Shown here one piece after another: positions 49,401 through 62,597 of a DNA stretch of 64,000 nucleotides (position 1 is the first letter of the stretch; every line of letters starts with the position of its first letter). Location: positions 1,612,001-1,676,000 of the forward strand of contig MU058213.1 of assembly GCA_013265495.1 (NCBI GenBank). The letters run 5' to 3'. This stretch comes from Vicugna vicugna. Lineage: Eukaryota. The notes beneath the pieces are model-generated. The model saw nothing but the letters and a program-made list of their open reading frames with translations, did not search any database and was not told the DNA's origin. Both the position numbers and the translations under genes were made by a program.

Positions 49401-51624
49401 AATTAATTTTGAATGAAAAAATTAAAAACATTTTCATAAGGAATTCAAGGATCCCTGCAGATAGATCCACATTCTGTAGTTTAAGAAGCATCCGACTGGA
49501 GGATCCCTTGATGTCCGTGGTTTAGTGATTCTTGGTCACCCTTTTAAGACTGAGCAGCAAGCAGAGAACTTCCCCACCAAGCAGTTTAACCAAACAGAAA
49601 TGGTTTTAATAGAAGTCTCACCAGATTCTAGAAGCAGCAAGGGATTTTCCTTGCTATTGCTTCGATTTGTGCCTCGCCTTACTCTGAAACATGAAGATGT
49701 TTCTAGGCACAGGGCCAAAGCTTCATTGAGGGGCTCAGAGAGAACACAACTCTGGAGAAAAATCATTAAATTAGGCAAAGATCCAATAAACTTGAATTTT
49801 CTGTTTTTGATTGCTTGCTGTGAGGAGCACTATGACATGATTTAAAACGATGATTTAATGTAGCAAGAGGAGAGGGACTCTAAAAACCAAATAGTGCAGT
49901 CATACAGTTCTAATAAAATTAGTGTATTATGTGCAGATTGATTGCTGGTGCCTAGATTTACATGATGTTTATGATATCAAAATATCTGACGAAAATTGAT
50001 GTCAATATTTATGCCTCTATAAATTACTCACACAGCACTATTATGATGGCTTCTAATTAAAGTGGAACCAAACTAATTGACCTTTAAATCCAAAGGACTT
50101 TGTAACCCAAAACTCATTCACACTGGGATGGCAGGCTGTACCAGCATGGGAAGAAAGAGGGCTTTGGGGATATCTTACTATGAAAAAATAATTATGCATT
50201 CTGCAAGAGTTGGTTCCGGTAAAAGATGGATTTTGGATTTGATTTAACCTGCATTAAACTGCTACTGGGTCGGTTCATGACAAGCCACGTCTGTAGTCTT
50301 ATACCTAGGGTGACTGAAAGATTTTTCTTTTTTTTCAGCCAAGAAATAATTGCCCTCTGCTTTTGACTTTTTTACATTTTGACTAATTTATTTAAAATAA
50401 ATCCAAATATTGTATGTTGCATACAATTATTAGAAACAAAAATAATAATACAAATAATTATTTGGGGAATTTAAGTAATCATAGGATAAGAAACCTGGTT
50501 GTTAGTCTGTAGTCAAAATATCTGGATTCTTATTTTGTTTCTGATACAAACTTGCTTTGCCTTGAGCAACTAACTCTTGGTGAGCATCTTGCCTCTTCAG
50601 CTGTGAAATGAGGAAGGTGAATCCTGTTCTTTCAGTCCTTTGCAGCTTGAAAATGCTACTGCTTCTTATCCAAGTCTGGGAGTGCATGTATTTCCACTGG
50701 GCTGCACTTTCTTTTCCTCTCTCTTCCCTCGTTTCACACTGCAAGTGTGAAGAGGCAAAATGATGAGATTCAGCTATTACGCTACTGTGTTTTTCAACTA
50801 ATGTATTTAACTAAAGATTGATGCACGTTTAAAGTTTATCAGTCATGATTTCACACTTGTGTGAATTGTCAGTGTTCTATTACAAATCCTTCTTGTCTTT
50901 GTGCTGAAAAGATTTCTATCTGCATTTCAGAGAGGGCTTTTCAGTTTTGTTATAAAACCTCATTACTTTTTTATTACAGACTTGGTGGAGCCTTCTCTGT
51001 TGAATTGAATCATATGATTCAGTATTAGCTGGACATTTAATACTATATCGTCTTTATATTCTTCAGTAGTCATCTCAGTTCTTTTATTTGCACTTTGAAA
51101 ATGTCTCAGGAGAAGAAATTGAAAGATGATATTTCTTTGAAATAATTTACCCCATCCCAGGAAGGCAGTGTTTTAAAATAATTATTTAAACAAAATATAC
51201 TACCTTTTTTTTGATTTTTATTCATTTAAGCTCCCTACAGTAGTGAATCAGGAAAATGAGTTAATTAGGTGATCCAGAAAAAAAATGTATTTTTTCACAA
51301 AATAAAAATGTTTTTTTCAAAAAAAATCAAGATCATCAGCACATGTCACATATTTTGTGAGATTTTTCTAAATTCCCCCAAGGTATTGTATTATTAATGT
51401 CTCTCTTACTGCCCTAAAAACAGGGCATGCTCTCAGTCAACTATTAGGCACTCATGTTTGTTGACTGAAATAAAAGACTCCCAATATATCTATACAGTTA
51501 TCTAACAAAACTGCTTGGGAAGTAGATGTGACTTGGCTAACCATTATTTTTAGGTTTAATTTGCTTTTAGAAGTGTATACCTTACCTACCTCCAAGTTTC
51601 TGTGGTCTTAGTAGCTACTGCACA

Positions 51625-52199
51625 ATTTAGATGGCTTGGTTCCCTACTGCTAGGTAATAAACTGCTCCTAAACTTAGTAGCTAAAAATAATAATCACTTA
51701 ATTTGCTCATGATTTTCTGATGAAGAATTTGGGAAGGGCTCAGTTAGAGTTTTTACCTGACCCAGTGGCATCAGCTGGGACAGTGGCTAGAGGACCCACT
51801 TTCAAAATGATTTTATCACTTACATGTCTGGTGCCTCAGTACTTCTTGGCCTCTCTTTCTTTTTCTCTCTCCACATGTTATCTCTTCATCTAGGATCTTT
51901 CTACATGACTTGCACTTCTTACAGCATGGCAGTCTCAAGGTGATCAGACTTCTTACATGGTAGCCTTTTTCCCTTGGAGTGATCATTCCAGGAGGCTCAG
52001 AGAAACTGCAAGCCTTCTTAACCTAGCCTCAGTCATCCCAGAATGTTGCTTCCATCCTACTCTATTGGCCAGGCAAATCATTCAGGCTGACCCAAGAGGA
52101 GATTCAAGAGGAGGGGAGGAATAGATTCTACCTCTTAATGGGGAGACAGGGAGGGAAGAAATTTTTGGTGACCATCATAGTTAGAGACAAGTCACCACA
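51625..52199 (-). mobile_element. MaLR solo LTR, MLT1F/G/H-type
   Basis: ctaaacttagtagctaaaaataataatcacttaatttgctcatgattttctg...gaatttgggaagggctcag...ttcttacagcatggcagtctcaagg...cagacttcttacatggtagc...aatagattctacctcttaatggg...caccaca. Confidence 0.8.
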
Positions 52200-52212
52200 G
52201 TAGGGGGGGGGA

Positions 52213-52288
52213 GAATATATATATATGTGTATATGTATGTGTGTGTATACATATATAAATTTTATGTATATATATACACATATATATT
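52213..52288. repeat. (TA)/(TG) low-complexity microsatellite
   Basis: atatatatatatgtgtatatgtatgtgtgtgtatacatatata visible. Confidence 0.8.
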
Positions 52289-53034
52289 TACTTATTTGAA
52301 AAAGCCACAGAAATAATATAATTCAACTCCCTTTTTCTATGGTTAGACAGTAGTCATCAAACATTTATTGTTTCTTTTGACTTCTCCATCTGTCTATTGA
52401 AAACCTTTGTCTGGGTTTGAGTGTCCTTAGTGGCAATAATAAATAGGCCCATCATTCAGAATAACATGCTGCCATCTTTGCTAGAAACCCACACGCATTC
52501 ACCAAAACTACCAGAAAGATGAACTTGAAGATTTCCTACTTTTGAAAATTTCTCCCTTCAGCACCATCCACTAGGCTACAAACATGGGCCAATGTCGATT
52601 CTAGAAAACATTCAGTTTCTTTACACTGACCTTAACCATGTTAGCAGAACAATCAAGACGATCTCCATCTCCAAGATTCAGAAACTCTTCTTTATTTTAC
52701 AACCTAAGACCATCTTCTTGAGAGCTCATCCTTCGTTTACTGTACAAACACCTCCTGAACTTCTCCCCACACTGTAGCTACTTAGCCTAATTGTGGTTTA
52801 CTTCGTTTGCATGTGACCTTTCTCATTAGAATGTAATTAAGATAAAAAGAAAACATTCCCAGTGAAACCAGGAATATGTCCTTTGCAGTTCTGTCTTGGC
52901 CCAAGCTTCTGCTCCATTGAACTTCAAAGCTGCGATCTTGGTTCTCACATTACAAGAATTTAAGCGATCTGCCATCTTTTCCTCTTCATTTTTTCCGTTT
53001 ATTCCAACCTCAGGGACTTACTGAACTTCATAAG

Positions 53035-53300
53035 ACTAGAGGCTTCTTTTTATGTATATCCTTGCTCAAATACCAGCTCATCAGAGAAGCCTTACCTGAC
53101 CATCCCATCTGATGTTGCATCCCTACCAGTCTTCTGTATAGTAAACTTATTTCCTTCTTAGCAATCTCTATCTAAAATTAATTTTTGCATTTGTTTACTT
53201 GTTTATTATCTCTAATTTCCACTGTTGTGTGTCCAGGTTCTAGTACCTGGTACTAAATATCAGGTAGGTGCTTAGTAACTATTTGCTGAATAAAGTAAAT
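53035..53300 (+). mobile_element. L2 3' end
   Basis: tgctcaaataccagctcatcagagaagccttacctgaccatcccatct...tgtttacttgtttattatctct...gtaggtgcttagtaactatttgctgaataaa. Confidence 0.75.
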
Positions 53301-53459
53301 AACTACATAGATAACTGAAAGCATATTTGCCATTAATTAATTGGCACTATGGTGACAAAGTCAAAGTGTTTTTTATTTGCTGAAATAACACAAACAGTAT
53401 TAAAGTAAAACCAGTTTCTTCGGGGGTGAAAAACTTTCAATTGAGGAACTAAAATAATC

Positions 53460-53525
53460 CAATTTTACAAAATGCATATTAATATTTGAGGGAAGAGATA
53501 GGGAATCTTTTATTCTTAGAATTCT
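53460..53525 (+). repeat. Copy 1 of 66-bp dispersed direct duplication
   Basis: 62/66 identical to 55356-55421. Confidence 0.92.
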
Positions 53526-53619
53526 ACAGTACAGGGTAGAGTTGCAGGGCAATACTCACAGTGAGAACTGAAACATTTAATAGCACTTTGAGATAATAAT
53601 ATTTCATGTTGAGTAGGTA

Positions 53620-54160
53620 TTCTCAGACACTATTGGTGACAGTATAAATTTGGGAAAGCGCTTTACTAATATATCAAGAACATTAAGAAGAATCCCTTTT
53701 TATACTCAATAATTCTATTTCTGAGACTTCATCATAAGGAAAAATATGAAATGGAGAAAAATAGCATGTATAATGATGTTCATTGAAATATTGGCTACAC
53801 AGCTCTGTATGTCTAACTACTGTGGAATGATTCCATAAGATATGACACACCTATGTAATGAGAAATTACCTTCTCTATAAATTCATGTTTACCAAGAATG
53901 AATTAACATCTTATGCTACTTATGATACAATTTCCAAGTGTAAAAAGGCAGAGTACAAAATTGTATGTGTAGTTTCATTTCAACTATACCCAAAAATAAG
54001 TGTAGAGAAAAAATTTGAACTGAAATATACCAGAAAGTTTGCATTAGCTATCACTAGTTGGTGAAAGAAGTTCTTTTTCCTTCTTTATACTTTTATGTAG
54101 TTTTTGAATTTCTTACAATGAGCATTTATTATTTTTATATGCAGAAAAGTAAACTTTATA
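53620..54160 (+). mobile_element. L1ME 3' fragment
   Basis: cactattggtgacagtataaatttggg...caataattctatttctgag...gatgttcattgaaatatt...ttcttacaatgagcatttattatttttat. Confidence 0.65.
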
Positions 54161-54814
54161 AAATTTAAAAGGCTGATAAAAAGATCAGTGCAAGACTATT
54201 TAGCAGGATTCCTTCAGTAATAGTGTGACTTATTAGGTAATTTCATTATCAAAAAGATCTAAATTCTAGCTCAGATGATAAGACATAGCAACTGAATGAG
54301 GGGAAATAACAAAATAATACTCATGGTTGATGTCTCAGTCTATGAAAGATCATTCTTTTTTGTTTTTTGTTGTGCATGCATGTGTTCAAGGCAATTAGTA
54401 ATCCTTTATTTCCTTAAATATGACCTGTAGAGTTGAAGTCTCTTATGTTCTTATTTCGATAGATAATAGGTTGAATGTATGAAATTGCCAGTATTTTGGC
54501 TTTTCTGATCATTTGACTGATTTTCTGTATCAAATATTGTGTTAATAACAATGCCTAGTGATTTTTGTAATGCAATATCCTGGCACTTTTCTTTTTTTTG
54601 CAAGTAAAGTTGACACAGGTCTTCAAATAAATGGCTTTTCACATCCAGACTCATTTGGCAGAAACAATAAGTTTTCATGCCAGTTCAGAGAGGGAAGAGG
54701 GATTCAGGAAGACAAAAGGATTGAGAGAGACATTTTACAATATATCAAATATGAGTAATGATATCTCAGTTTGTACTTTAAAAAGCACTGGTGATACTTA
54801 ATCTTTCAATAACA

Positions 54815-54970
54815 CTTTATAGCTTACAAAGCATGTTCTCATTCATTATTTGATTTAATCCTCAAAACCTAAGATGGAGATAATTTTATCCTCATTTTAC
54901 TGTTTCTGAGTGACTTTGATTTACAAGGTCAGGCAGCTAGAAAGTGGAAGAGCTAAAACTTGAACCTGGT
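54815..54970 (-). mobile_element. MIR SINE
   Basis: tcattatttgatttaatcctcaaaacc...atcctcattttac...caaggtcaggcagctagaaagtggaagagctaaaacttgaacctgg. Confidence 0.75.
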
Positions 54971-55355
54971 TTAGCAATCTATATGTCAGGAAAAATATGC
55001 CAGTTAATTTGTACATGAAAAGCAATCTTAATTTTGTAGAAATGAATATGGTCAATAATTAAAGTTTGGAAGTCTAGTCATTTCTAAAGATAATTGTTGT
55101 CAAAAGGTTACTTTGTACTTCTCTTAAATTATAGTCATATTCTTTACCATTCTCCAAATTTGTTCAGTTTTTAAAATAACTGTTTTAAGTGTTCTGTGGT
55201 TGTAAGTTTCCAATATATATACAAACACCTTTGAATTAACAGAAAAAAATTAATTTTAGGACCAATGTTTCTGGCAAATGTAAGAATTTGATTTGAAATT
55301 GAAATGCAATTGAAAATCTATATAGCAGTCTGTGAAGTATGGATTTTCGAAAAGA

Positions 55356-55421
55356 CAATTTTCTAAAATGCATATTAATATTTGAGGGAAGAGGTAGGGA
55401 ATCTTTAATTCTTAGAATTCT
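55356..55421 (+). repeat. Copy 2 of 66-bp dispersed direct duplication
   Basis: 62/66 identical to 53460-53525. Confidence 0.92.
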
Positions 55422-57094
55422 TAGGAAGAGATCCACTTTGAGAATTACTTCCTTTTTTTAAATTTAGAAAATAATGTCATTTAAGAAAAATAACAACTCA
55501 AGGTAACAGAGAAGGTGGTATGTCACTTTTGTAGACAGACCAACCCTGGGAATCATATTGAACAATTTGCTTCGTGCCTAGAGATAGAGGCATTTACAAG
55601 CAGAGTATAAGAAGAGCAGAGCCTAATTCCAATGGGGCTTTTCTGTTTGTGCAGTCAGTGGAGTCTCCCTTCACTTGATAAATAAAGTACTGCATTCCTC
55701 CTGGTTAGGGATTTAAGGAAAATCCCATTAGTCCTGCTCACTTCACATTTATGGAATGACTGTTTGCCAGTTTTCTATTTGTTTGGGGCCATGTAAATCA
55801 CAAAATAAATAACAGCAACCCTCTCTTATAAATGCAATGAACTGCACCACAAATAAGGGGGATTAAAATTATACTTAGACATTTTCTATGTACAATTTTA
55901 TTAAGGATCACATGCCCTTAAGCAAATTTAAAAAAATCTTTCATCCTCCTTTCTTGGTCTCATAAATACGTTTACTAAAGAAAATTTTTTTATTGGGAAA
56001 TAATTTGTTCCTCTCTTCCCAAAATAGCCTCCTTTTTTCTTTGTAGCAAACAAATATTCTATTTCAAAATGATCTACATGTATTAATTACCCAGTGCTTC
56101 TCCTAAAACTATTGGGGAAATGTCCTTTAAAAATCAGTATTTAAGGGAAATGCATGAGAATTTTTCTGTGTCAACAGTAAACGCATACATTATTCACTTA
56201 TGATTGTAATTTTGAGTGACCTGCCTAACCTTTGAAATTTTGAAAGCTCCTATTCTTTGTTCCATATGCTAGTTTTTATGATGTATATTCATTCTCATGT
56301 GGAAAGTCTCCGTCATTGTGAATGTTCTTTTTAAAAACAGACACTTAACAGTGTCCTGGTTTCATGTGTGGCTAAAGCAAACTCAATCTGCAAGCTGGAA
56401 TGCATTGGACAGTGTTTCCAGTAGGTCAATAAAATGACGGATGGATTTGAGCCAAGTTGTAGCAGAGGACACACATCCTCTGTTGAAATAGCTGAAAAGA
56501 CAAATTAATATTGAAGTGTGGAATACTGAATTGGACTGTCTTCAGTGCACAGAAATAGACTAAAGTAGATTACCAAAATGAGGCATGTGCACTTCAGGCA
56601 ACTAAAACAGACTTGCTATGCAAACATGGGGAGGAGGGTGGGAGATGAAGACTTGAATGTGATATTCTGAAAGTGGTAACAGTTCAGCCTCGATAAATAA
56701 GCAGTAGGGAATGACAGAAGCACCTTGAATTTTAGGATTTTTCAACACTTTGAAATTTAGATATTTCTGTATTTACATAGCTAAAAACCATCTTTGTCAT
56801 TTTTATTCAAAGTGTATGTATTTTTTGACAAGTATGCATTCTAAGAGTATGTCTTTTTAAATGACATTTGCCAAAATATTTAGGGTGGGGGGAAGTACCA
56901 GTCTCACTTAACCCTTTATTAATGCAGGAAAAAAAATACGACAAAATAACACAAACTTTAAATATTGAGTCAAAACCTGCGTGTTACCCATTGCCCACAC
57001 AAAACGTTTAAATTTCTTTCATAGTCTAACACCTAAAATACTTCATGATCAGGCTTACATTATATTTCTTATAACATCTTTTATAGACCAAATT

Positions 57095-57502
57095 CTGTGA
57101 GAAAATTGCATCTTTATTTTCACTAATCTTTAAGTGTAATACAGCATTTCCTTTGATAATGAATGCAGGAAACCAATCACAGTGTCATTAGTAGTACTGT
57201 GACGTTGTCACTAATAGAAATTATAGACATTTTCATATCACATTATTGTTGCAGTCTCTTGAAATGTATTGTTTGCATGTCATTGTGATTTTAAAAATAT
57301 GATTACTAGAGCCACACATCTATTTTTACAACACAACACAAATTATATTTCTGAGTATTTTTATAACTATATTTCACTATACTTGATTTCCTTTGTAATT
57401 CTAATTTTATTTTATACATTATAAACAAATTTGGAGAATTTGTCCACTGGCATCACCAGACTGCCAAAGAGGTCTTTAGCAGAAGAAAGGTTAACAAGCT
57501 TT
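57095..57502 (+). mobile_element. hAT-Charlie element (MER113/Charlie4-like)
   Basis: gacattttcatatcacatta...gatttcctttgtaattcta...catcaccagactgccaaagaggtctttagcagaagaaaggttaac resembles a Charlie-class 3' end. Confidence 0.65.
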
Positions 57503-57559
57503 AGAGAAACTGACCTTAATGATCATCCTCAAACTGCTGGACATCAGATTTTAATCCTG

Positions 57560-59190
57560 TGCCTTGCCTGGAAGGCTGTTACACCTATGCTCTATTCCTA
57601 GCCTTCAAGGTACAGCGGAGATGTTACCACATCCATTCGACTGCTCCTGATGCTACTAGTCAAAATTGATTGATCTTCTTTTATATTCCCTCAAAATTGA
57701 TTTCTGCATTTTGATTAGAACTTATCCTTCCTTTTATTGGAATTAGTTGCCTCTGCTTTTAGAGTATAAACTTCTTGGGGGCAGGAATATTGCCTTATTT
57801 AGTTACTATTTCATAGTTGAATTTAACTTAATCTCATTGTGGTTAGAGAATGTGGTCTGTATATACTTTAGACTTTACTGAGACTTGCTTTATGGCTTGG
57901 TACATGACCACTTTTTGTAAATGTTCCATTTATGCTTGGAAACGTGGTGTGATCTGAAGCAGTTTGGTGCAGGTTTGTTAATTGTGTTATACAGATCTAT
58001 TTCCCTACTGCTTCTTTTTTCCCTGCTTGATTTATCAATTATTTACAGAGGTGTGTTAAAGTCTCCTGCTTTGATGGTTGAGATGTTAATTTCTTATTTT
58101 AACAGTTCTATCATTTGACTTTATATATTTTGAATCAATATTAAGTACATAAAATTTAGAACTGTTATATCTTCCTGATGAACTGGACCTCTAATCAATA
58201 TGCAATGGTTTTATCTCTAGTAATGCTTTTTGGGCATTATAATAAATTTTCTCTCATACTGATATAGCCCAGCTGTGTGTTGTGTTAGACTTTTACTGCT
58301 ATCCTTTTCTATTCCTTTACTTTCAACTTTACTGTGCCATATTGCTTTAGGTGTGTCTTTTGAAAATAACATAATGCAAGATTTTGTATATTTTAAGGAA
58401 TTCATTCTGTGAATCCTTGTCTTTTACCTGGAGAGTTTCATCATTTTATAATGTTTGTGACTACTGATGTATTTTTATTCATTTCTAACATCATTATATT
58501 TTATCTTTGCCCTGCCTTTTCTGGACTTTTTTCCTCTTCTTTTTTTAAAGTTTTTTAAATTGAGATATTTCCCCTCCACTACATTTTTCTCTATTAATTT
58601 GAAAGTCTTAGTCTATCTGCATAGATGCAGCTTACAGAGGAAACTTCCTCTTTTTCCCAGTCATCCAGAGCCAAGACTGAGACAATCATGTATCCCAGTC
58701 ATCTTGCTTTGTGGTGTGATTTTTTTTTTCTTTCTATTTTCCTCACTGAGGATATTATCTCTTAAAAATTCTGGCTTCAGGTGGGGCTTCAATGCAACTT
58801 CTTATTTTACTCAGGCCCTAGATCTTGTCTCTTGTTTCCTATAGCAATCTATTTAAACTCAGATTATAGACTGCCAGAATGGACATATTTCTTCTCCAGG
58901 GCAAATGCTGGTTCCAACACTCACCTCTGTGGATTAGCACTTCCTGTGTTTTCCTTTCTGATCTCCAAGAAATTCTCTTACCTTTCCATCAGCAGAGCCA
59001 TATTTTACTTTAAAAATATTTTATTCATTATTTTTAAGTGTGATGTATTAGCAGGAGATTCTCTTAGTGCAGGTTGCAATATTGCCAGAAATAGGAGTCA
59101 GGTATTGAAAGATAGTACAGTTTAATCCCACTTCTTGGCACCTAAAACAATGATATCTAAACTGTGACTAATGAATGTTAAATTAAATAA
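57560..59190 (+). mobile_element. L2 3' end split by an L1 insertion (parts ~57560-57805 and ~59110-59190)
   Basis: agagtataaacttcttggggcaggaatattgccttattt on the left; cttggcacctaaaacaatg...aatgaatgttaaattaaataaa on the right. Confidence 0.5.
57810..59100 (-). mobile_element. Old L1M fragment (ORF2 5' region plus 5'-end-like segment)
   Basis: cattgtggttagagaatgtggtctgtat...tactgagacttgctttatggc...aaatgttcca...gaggtgtgttaaagtctcct...ggtgtgtcttttgaaaataacata; ends attgccagaaataggagtc. Confidence 0.75.
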
Positions 59191-59659
59191 AAACAGAGCA
59201 GACTGGAGCCTGGAGGGATATTAAGATTGAGTAGTAACAGCAACTATATAGCCTGGAGAGTCTAAATTGTTTACTATCTGGACTGTTATGGAAAGAGTTT
59301 GCCTTGTCTAGAGAGTTTATTTTGACCCCTCCACGAGGCCAGAATAGGCCTTGGTGATAAGTTCATTCTCAGAGATCTCAGTTTGTCCTGGGGAGGGTGT
59401 CATTGATCTCGGTGATAGAAAACCACCTGGCCTCAGAGGTGCCTCTGAACTTCATAAACCCCAGGGCTCACCTACCATGTCTGTTGTCTCTGCAATCTCC
59501 AACACACATACAAAGAGCCAGTATGTGGAGTATCTTTTACTGAAACTCCTCCCCCTTTCTGTGTGTCAACCTGACTCATGAATTGCTAAGGTGATAACTT
59601 AGGACCTCGTGTTGACTTACAGATTTAATATGTTTGAAGAAAAAGAAAGAGGAATCTGG

Positions 59660-59950
59660 GGTGGCATCATGGCTCTGCTGCCATTTAGCCAAATGGATGT
59701 GGAAAAGCCACATCATATCTCTGAGTCTCACTGTCCTTATCTATAGAAAGAGAGGTACATTCAGTGCCCTGTAAGCATCCTTCTATTCCAGTGTTCTCTG
59801 ATTCTAAAGTAAGAATAAAGAGTTTTATCTCTTTTTTCCGAAGAATAGCCCCTTCCTCCTTTATGAACATTAGATTGGTAAATATACGTAAAGTCCTGAG
59901 AACAAGGCCTGGCACAAAATACATCCTCAATGATTGTTAGTTGTTATATT
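59660..59950 (+). mobile_element. MIR SINE (interrupted)
   Basis: tggctctgctgccatttagcc...tctctgagtctcactgtccttatctatagaa...gtaaagtcctgagaacaaggcctggcacaaaata. Confidence 0.65.
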
Positions 59951-60439
59951 GTTGCCACTAATATTACCAAAAGCCTCTTAGGGTAAAAGCCCAAAATAAT
60001 TAATTCTTTGGTATGGATAGTAGTTCCTCATGTTTCCTTATGAGAAATTTTTGGGCATCAGTAGCCCTGGAAAGAAATTCTAATCAGCAAAAACAGCATC
60101 CCAATGTTCTCTGTGCTTTCAGAGGGATTGATTAACCTCCCCACTGCTGCCTACTGCATCACCAACAGGTGAACCACAAACCACAAAGCACTGAGTGAAA
60201 TCTGCATCTGTAAAAAAAAAAAGGAGAAGGAATTTAAAAAAAACTCTCAACTTTGCAACCACAGGCTGAGCTAGGTTTCCCTGGTGATGTCTACAGTCTG
60301 AACTGGCGGAAGGTAAAGGTTATTGTGATGAGTATGTTAGGAAATACAGAGATGATGATGATTACTCTTAGCCACATTTGCTCTAGCTAGAAATCTGATG
60401 ACCCACGTATATTCTGTATCATTCATGGTCCTAAAATGA

Positions 60440-60880
60440 AATAATTTTCCCCGAATAGTTCAAGTGAAGAAACATTAATATATGGAGGAGGCAAAGTTAA
60501 GGCAAGATTAAAAGAATCATAGAGGGGTGTTGAGGCAACCAGACACTGGAATGGTGGAAACTGTTATCACCATGAAGACTAAAGGGTCAAGGAGACAAAA
60601 TAGTGGACTGGAGCCCAGAGAGAGCAGGGACCAAGGAGAAGGGGTGTCTGGCAAAGGGCAGTTATGGAGGGATGCAGCTACTTCCGGAGAAGCATGGAAG
60701 AGACACCCTATCTCCTGATCCTCCTGCTCTCTAATTGCTTGCGGTGCCTCCCATTGGCTGAATCCTGTTGGAAATCATCCAGCAGGGGAGCCCAGGAAAT
60801 GTCTCCATGGAGCTAGGCAGAGCAGAGATGGGGCAGAGAATGAATGAGAGGTTGCAGGGAGAACAGAGAACAAGTACCCT
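60440..60880 (-). mobile_element. ERVL LTR33-type solo LTR fragment
   Basis: gcggtgcctcccattggctgaatcc...aggggagcccagg...gcagagcagagatgggcagagaatgaat resembles LTR33 in reverse. Confidence 0.68.
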
Positions 60881-61039
60881 TTTCCTCTGGAACTTTTGCT
60901 CAGATGCCTCTCAGACTGGATATTTTTCTAGTGCCTTGACATGTGATCTGTTGGTGTTTTGTGGATAAGAATGTGTGAGTGAGGGCAAGTATGGCTTGTT
61001 TTTGCCCAGTCTGTGTGTCATAAGGGAAAAGTACCCATT

Positions 61040-61660
61040 TTGAACCAGGATACCTGAATTCTGGACTGTTGAAGAAAAATTATTCGTGACACTTGTTAAA
61101 AAGTTAAGTCAGACTTTATTTAGGACTACTGCTTAGGATTTTGCAGTAGAGGAGGGAGAGATCTCTGAATACAACAAGGAAAAATGGGCATTTATAGCCA
61201 ATGACCAGGGTGAGAGGGTTGATGGATGGACAATTACTGAGAGAAGACTTCAGGAGTATAGGGGGATTCTGGTTTGACTGATTCAACAGGATTCTTGCTG
61301 AAGGCAGGCTAGGGCAATACGACATTACCTGGGAGGGTGGTGGAGGATGAGGAATTAGCTTGGATATCTAGGGTGGTGGCTCTGGCTACACTGACTGAAC
61401 AGGGTTCTTGCTAAAGCTGGGATCTTGAGGACATGCCCAAGAACGAGGTCTGGTCAAGTTCAAAGGAATCTGTCTAGAGCTTAGTCAAGGAAAGAGTCTT
61501 TGTCAGGTCTCAGCTCTGCCAAAAACTTGGGTAAACTTAGGCAGTTAATTTTACCTTTAAAGTCTTGTATTTTATTTGTAAAATTGGGTCGATATCATTT
61601 GTCCAATTTTTATCATCAAGATTTAAGAAGAATCAAATGGAATAATTGTTAAAAGCAAGC
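61040..61660 (+). mobile_element. MIR SINE split by the MER31 LTR
   Basis: ggatacctgaattctggac | ggtctcagctctgcc...cttaggcagttaattttacct...tttgtaaaattggg. Confidence 0.55.
61067..61505 (-). mobile_element. ERV1 solo LTR, MER31-type
   Basis: TG...CA termini (tgttgaagaaaaattattc...ttagtcaaggaaagagtctttgtca); internal gggggattctggtttgactgattcaacaggattcttgct; near-match 4-bp flanks ggac/ggtc. Confidence 0.85.
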
Positions 61661-61789
61661 TTTAAAATCAATGTAGGGAGAGAAGCTCTGAGATGAGAGA
61701 CGAAGCTGAAGGGATGGTTTAGTAGAGACTTTGTGATTCTTGGTGCACAAGTGGTGTAGCTTAGGGATGTGGGTGACATTGCAGAGAAG

Positions 61790-62210
61790 AATATGGCAGA
61801 GATTGCTCTTGGCCTGCCAATTCCATTCCTCCCTTTTTCCATAGCATTTGAATTATAATTTGGTATGTTGGACATGTAAGCTGAGCACATTCTCTCCAGT
61901 GGAATGTGAGCAGAAGTGGTGTGTGTCTCTGTTGGGTTATCCCATGAACTCTCCCATGTTCCTTTCTCCATGCTCTTCTCTTCTCCTTAAGGGAGACCAA
62001 ATGTCATCTAGAAGGTACTCACTGAAGATGGCAGAGCCACCACTGGCTTGGTCCTTGAAAGAATGTGAAGATCTAAGCCTCTATCCCCAAATCTCCCACC
62101 TTGAATTGGACACTCATGTTTGATTATTGTGGATGGGAGAAATAAGCTTCTTTATTCTTTTAAGTCTCTGCTGGAGTCTCTTTGATGTAGTAGCTTAGCC
62201 TACTCTAAAC
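61790..62210 (+). mobile_element. MaLR LTR, MLT1I/J-type
   Basis: ggcagagattgctcttggcctgccaattccattcctccc...ccagtggaatgtgagcagaagtgg...gaagatggcagagccacc...gagaaataagcttc...tagcttagcctactctaa. Confidence 0.7.
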
Positions 62211-62597
62211 AGGGAGCAGAGTATTTCCCACATTTCCCTCAAAACACAACCTGGCTCTGTCATATGGTGATCGGACATGGGAGAGCATTAGAGGAGGCAT
62301 TCAAGAAGGGCAAGTAGCTTCTGTACAGAATTCATTGACAGATATCTCCATCTAGTCATGGAAGGATCTCCAGACGTCAGGGCCTGCTGGCAGCAGACAT
62401 CAACAAACAGGCTGGAACAGGAAAATATGAGCCTACATGCTTTTAGCACTGGTGAAACTCTCATAGAGACTCTCAGAAATAGATGGGGCATAATTAAGGC
62501 TACAGGGAGAACAGTTTGCTCCTACATAAGCAGCCAAAGGTTACTAGCTACAATATTTGCAATGTTAATATTTCTTAATGACACCTAATTTTCACTT

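Noticed and set aside
62329..62455. Open + strand frame after ttctgtacag (FIDRYLHLVMEGSPDVRACWQQ...)
   Set aside because: Weak donor, sits between two LTRs, no recognisable protein similarity
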